Shown here: positions 23,338 to 24,000 of the stretch, one piece after another | How the letters are laid out: every line of letters begins with the position of its first letter | Position numbering within the stretch: position 1 is the stretch's first letter | Source of the DNA: Pseudomonas sp. PDNC002 | GTDB lineage: Bacteria > Pseudomonadota > Gammaproteobacteria > Pseudomonadales > Pseudomonadaceae | Reading direction: 5' to 3' | DNA length: 24,000 nucleotides | Assembly: GCF_016919445.1 (NCBI RefSeq) | Contig: NZ_CP070356.1 | Span: 3,575,502 to 3,599,501 of the forward strand | Notes under the pieces: generated by a model | The model's input: the letters and a program-made list of their open reading frames with translations, nothing else | Databases searched by the model: none | What the model was told of the DNA's origin: nothing | Made by a program: the position numbers and the translations under genes

Positions 23338-24000
23338 TCACAGGGCCAGGGCGAAGCCGGCGACTGGCCGGACGGCAGCCGGTTGCACGGCCAGGCCCAG
23401 TTCGCCCTGGCGCCATTGGCCGGGGCTCTGGCCGGTCCAGCGGCGGAAGGCGCGGTTGAAGCTGCTGGGCTCGTTGAAGCCCAGTCGGTAGCAGACTTCG
23501 TTGACTGAGCAGTGAGGCTGGCGCAGGTGCGCGAACGCCAGCTCACGCCGCGTTTCCTCCAGCAGTTCGGTGAAGCTGGTGGCATGACGCAGCAAGTGGC
23601 GATGCAGGTTGCGCGTGCTCATGCCCAGTTCCCCGGCCACCAGCGCCTGCTGGACTTCGCCGCTGGGCAGCTGGCGCACGATCGACTGGCGCACCTGCTC
23701 GGGCAGGTCGTAGCCGGACAGGCGCTTGAGGTAGCTGTTGAGGCTACCGTCGAGGATCAGCGCCAGCTCACGGTTGCCGCTGCGCAGGGGCACATCGAGC
23801 AGGGCCGCGTCGTAGTCCACGGCGTTGTGCGCGGCATCGAAGATCAGGCGCTGGCCGAAGCGCGACTCCCAGGCCTCGGCGTCGAGCGGGCGGGGCCGCG
23901 CCAGGTGGACGCAACGCACCACGCCCAATCCCCAGATCGAGGTGGCGTGGCGCAGCCCGGAGGCAAGCAGCGCCTCGGTGGCCATCTGTTCGACCTGGGC
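23338..24000 (-). CDS. AraC-family transcriptional regulator, partial (N-terminus beyond window end)
   Basis: C-terminal dual-HTH AraC signature: GELGMSTRNLHRHLLRHATSFTELLEETRRELAFAHLRQPHCSVNEVCYRLGFNEPSSFNRAFRRWTGQSPGQWR. The frame stays open from 23985 to the window edge (..AQVEQMATEALL), and the upstream part resembles an AraC-type ligand-binding domain. Confidence 0.85.
   Translation of the reverse strand, partial: AQVEQMATEALLASGLRHATSIWGLGVVRCVHLARPRPLDAEAWESRFGQRLIFDAAHNAVDYDAALLDVPLRSGNRELALILDGSLNSYLKRLSGYDLPEQVRQSIVRQLPSGEVQQALVAGELGMSTRNLHRHLLRHATSFTELLEETRRELAFAHLRQPHCSVNEVCYRLGFNEPSSFNRAFRRWTGQSPGQWRQGELGLAVQPAAVRPVAGFALAL

Overview
This is a high-GC, Pseudomonas-like chromosomal window with about 20 protein-coding genes. 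I found no rRNA, tRNA, CRISPR array, transposase or integrase. All family calls come from by-eye motif recognition in the translated ORFs; no database search was possible.

Left third (1-6330, minus strand): a tightly packed, operon-like array of THI5/NMT1-like protein, APH-fold kinase, rhodanese, TonB-dependent receptor, PnuC and a HutC-type GntR regulator. A perfect 16-bp GT-N-TA-N-AC-type palindrome lies upstream of it.

Next come mtnB, a TetR regulator with a double palindromic operator, and a divergent yecN-like MAPEG gene. The MAPEG gene is cut off after about 50 codons by a ~640-bp tract with almost no G on the + strand, ending in long A, TA and C homopolymer or dinucleotide runs. This is the most anomalous sequence in the window. 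It is either an assembly or sequence artefact or a very unusual insertion.

Middle: a DUF1302/DUF1329 outer-membrane pair, then an excisionase-type-HTH::citrate-synthase-like fusion regulator with a degenerate active site. That regulator is divergent from a split AtuA (DUF1446 + DUF4387) plus a CitMHS citrate-family transporter. The DUF1302 promoter and the divergent promoter share exact 10-11-bp motifs. I propose these genes form one uncharacterised tricarboxylate-responsive uptake and conversion system.

Right: a DUF748 protein, a SAM methyltransferase, a TonB-dependent receptor translationally abutting an NtaA/DszA-type flavin monooxygenase, and a partial AraC regulator.

Many long ORFs in the track are GC-rich shadow frames and were rejected. 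The track also uses GTG/TTG starts, so several starts were re-picked using RBS context.
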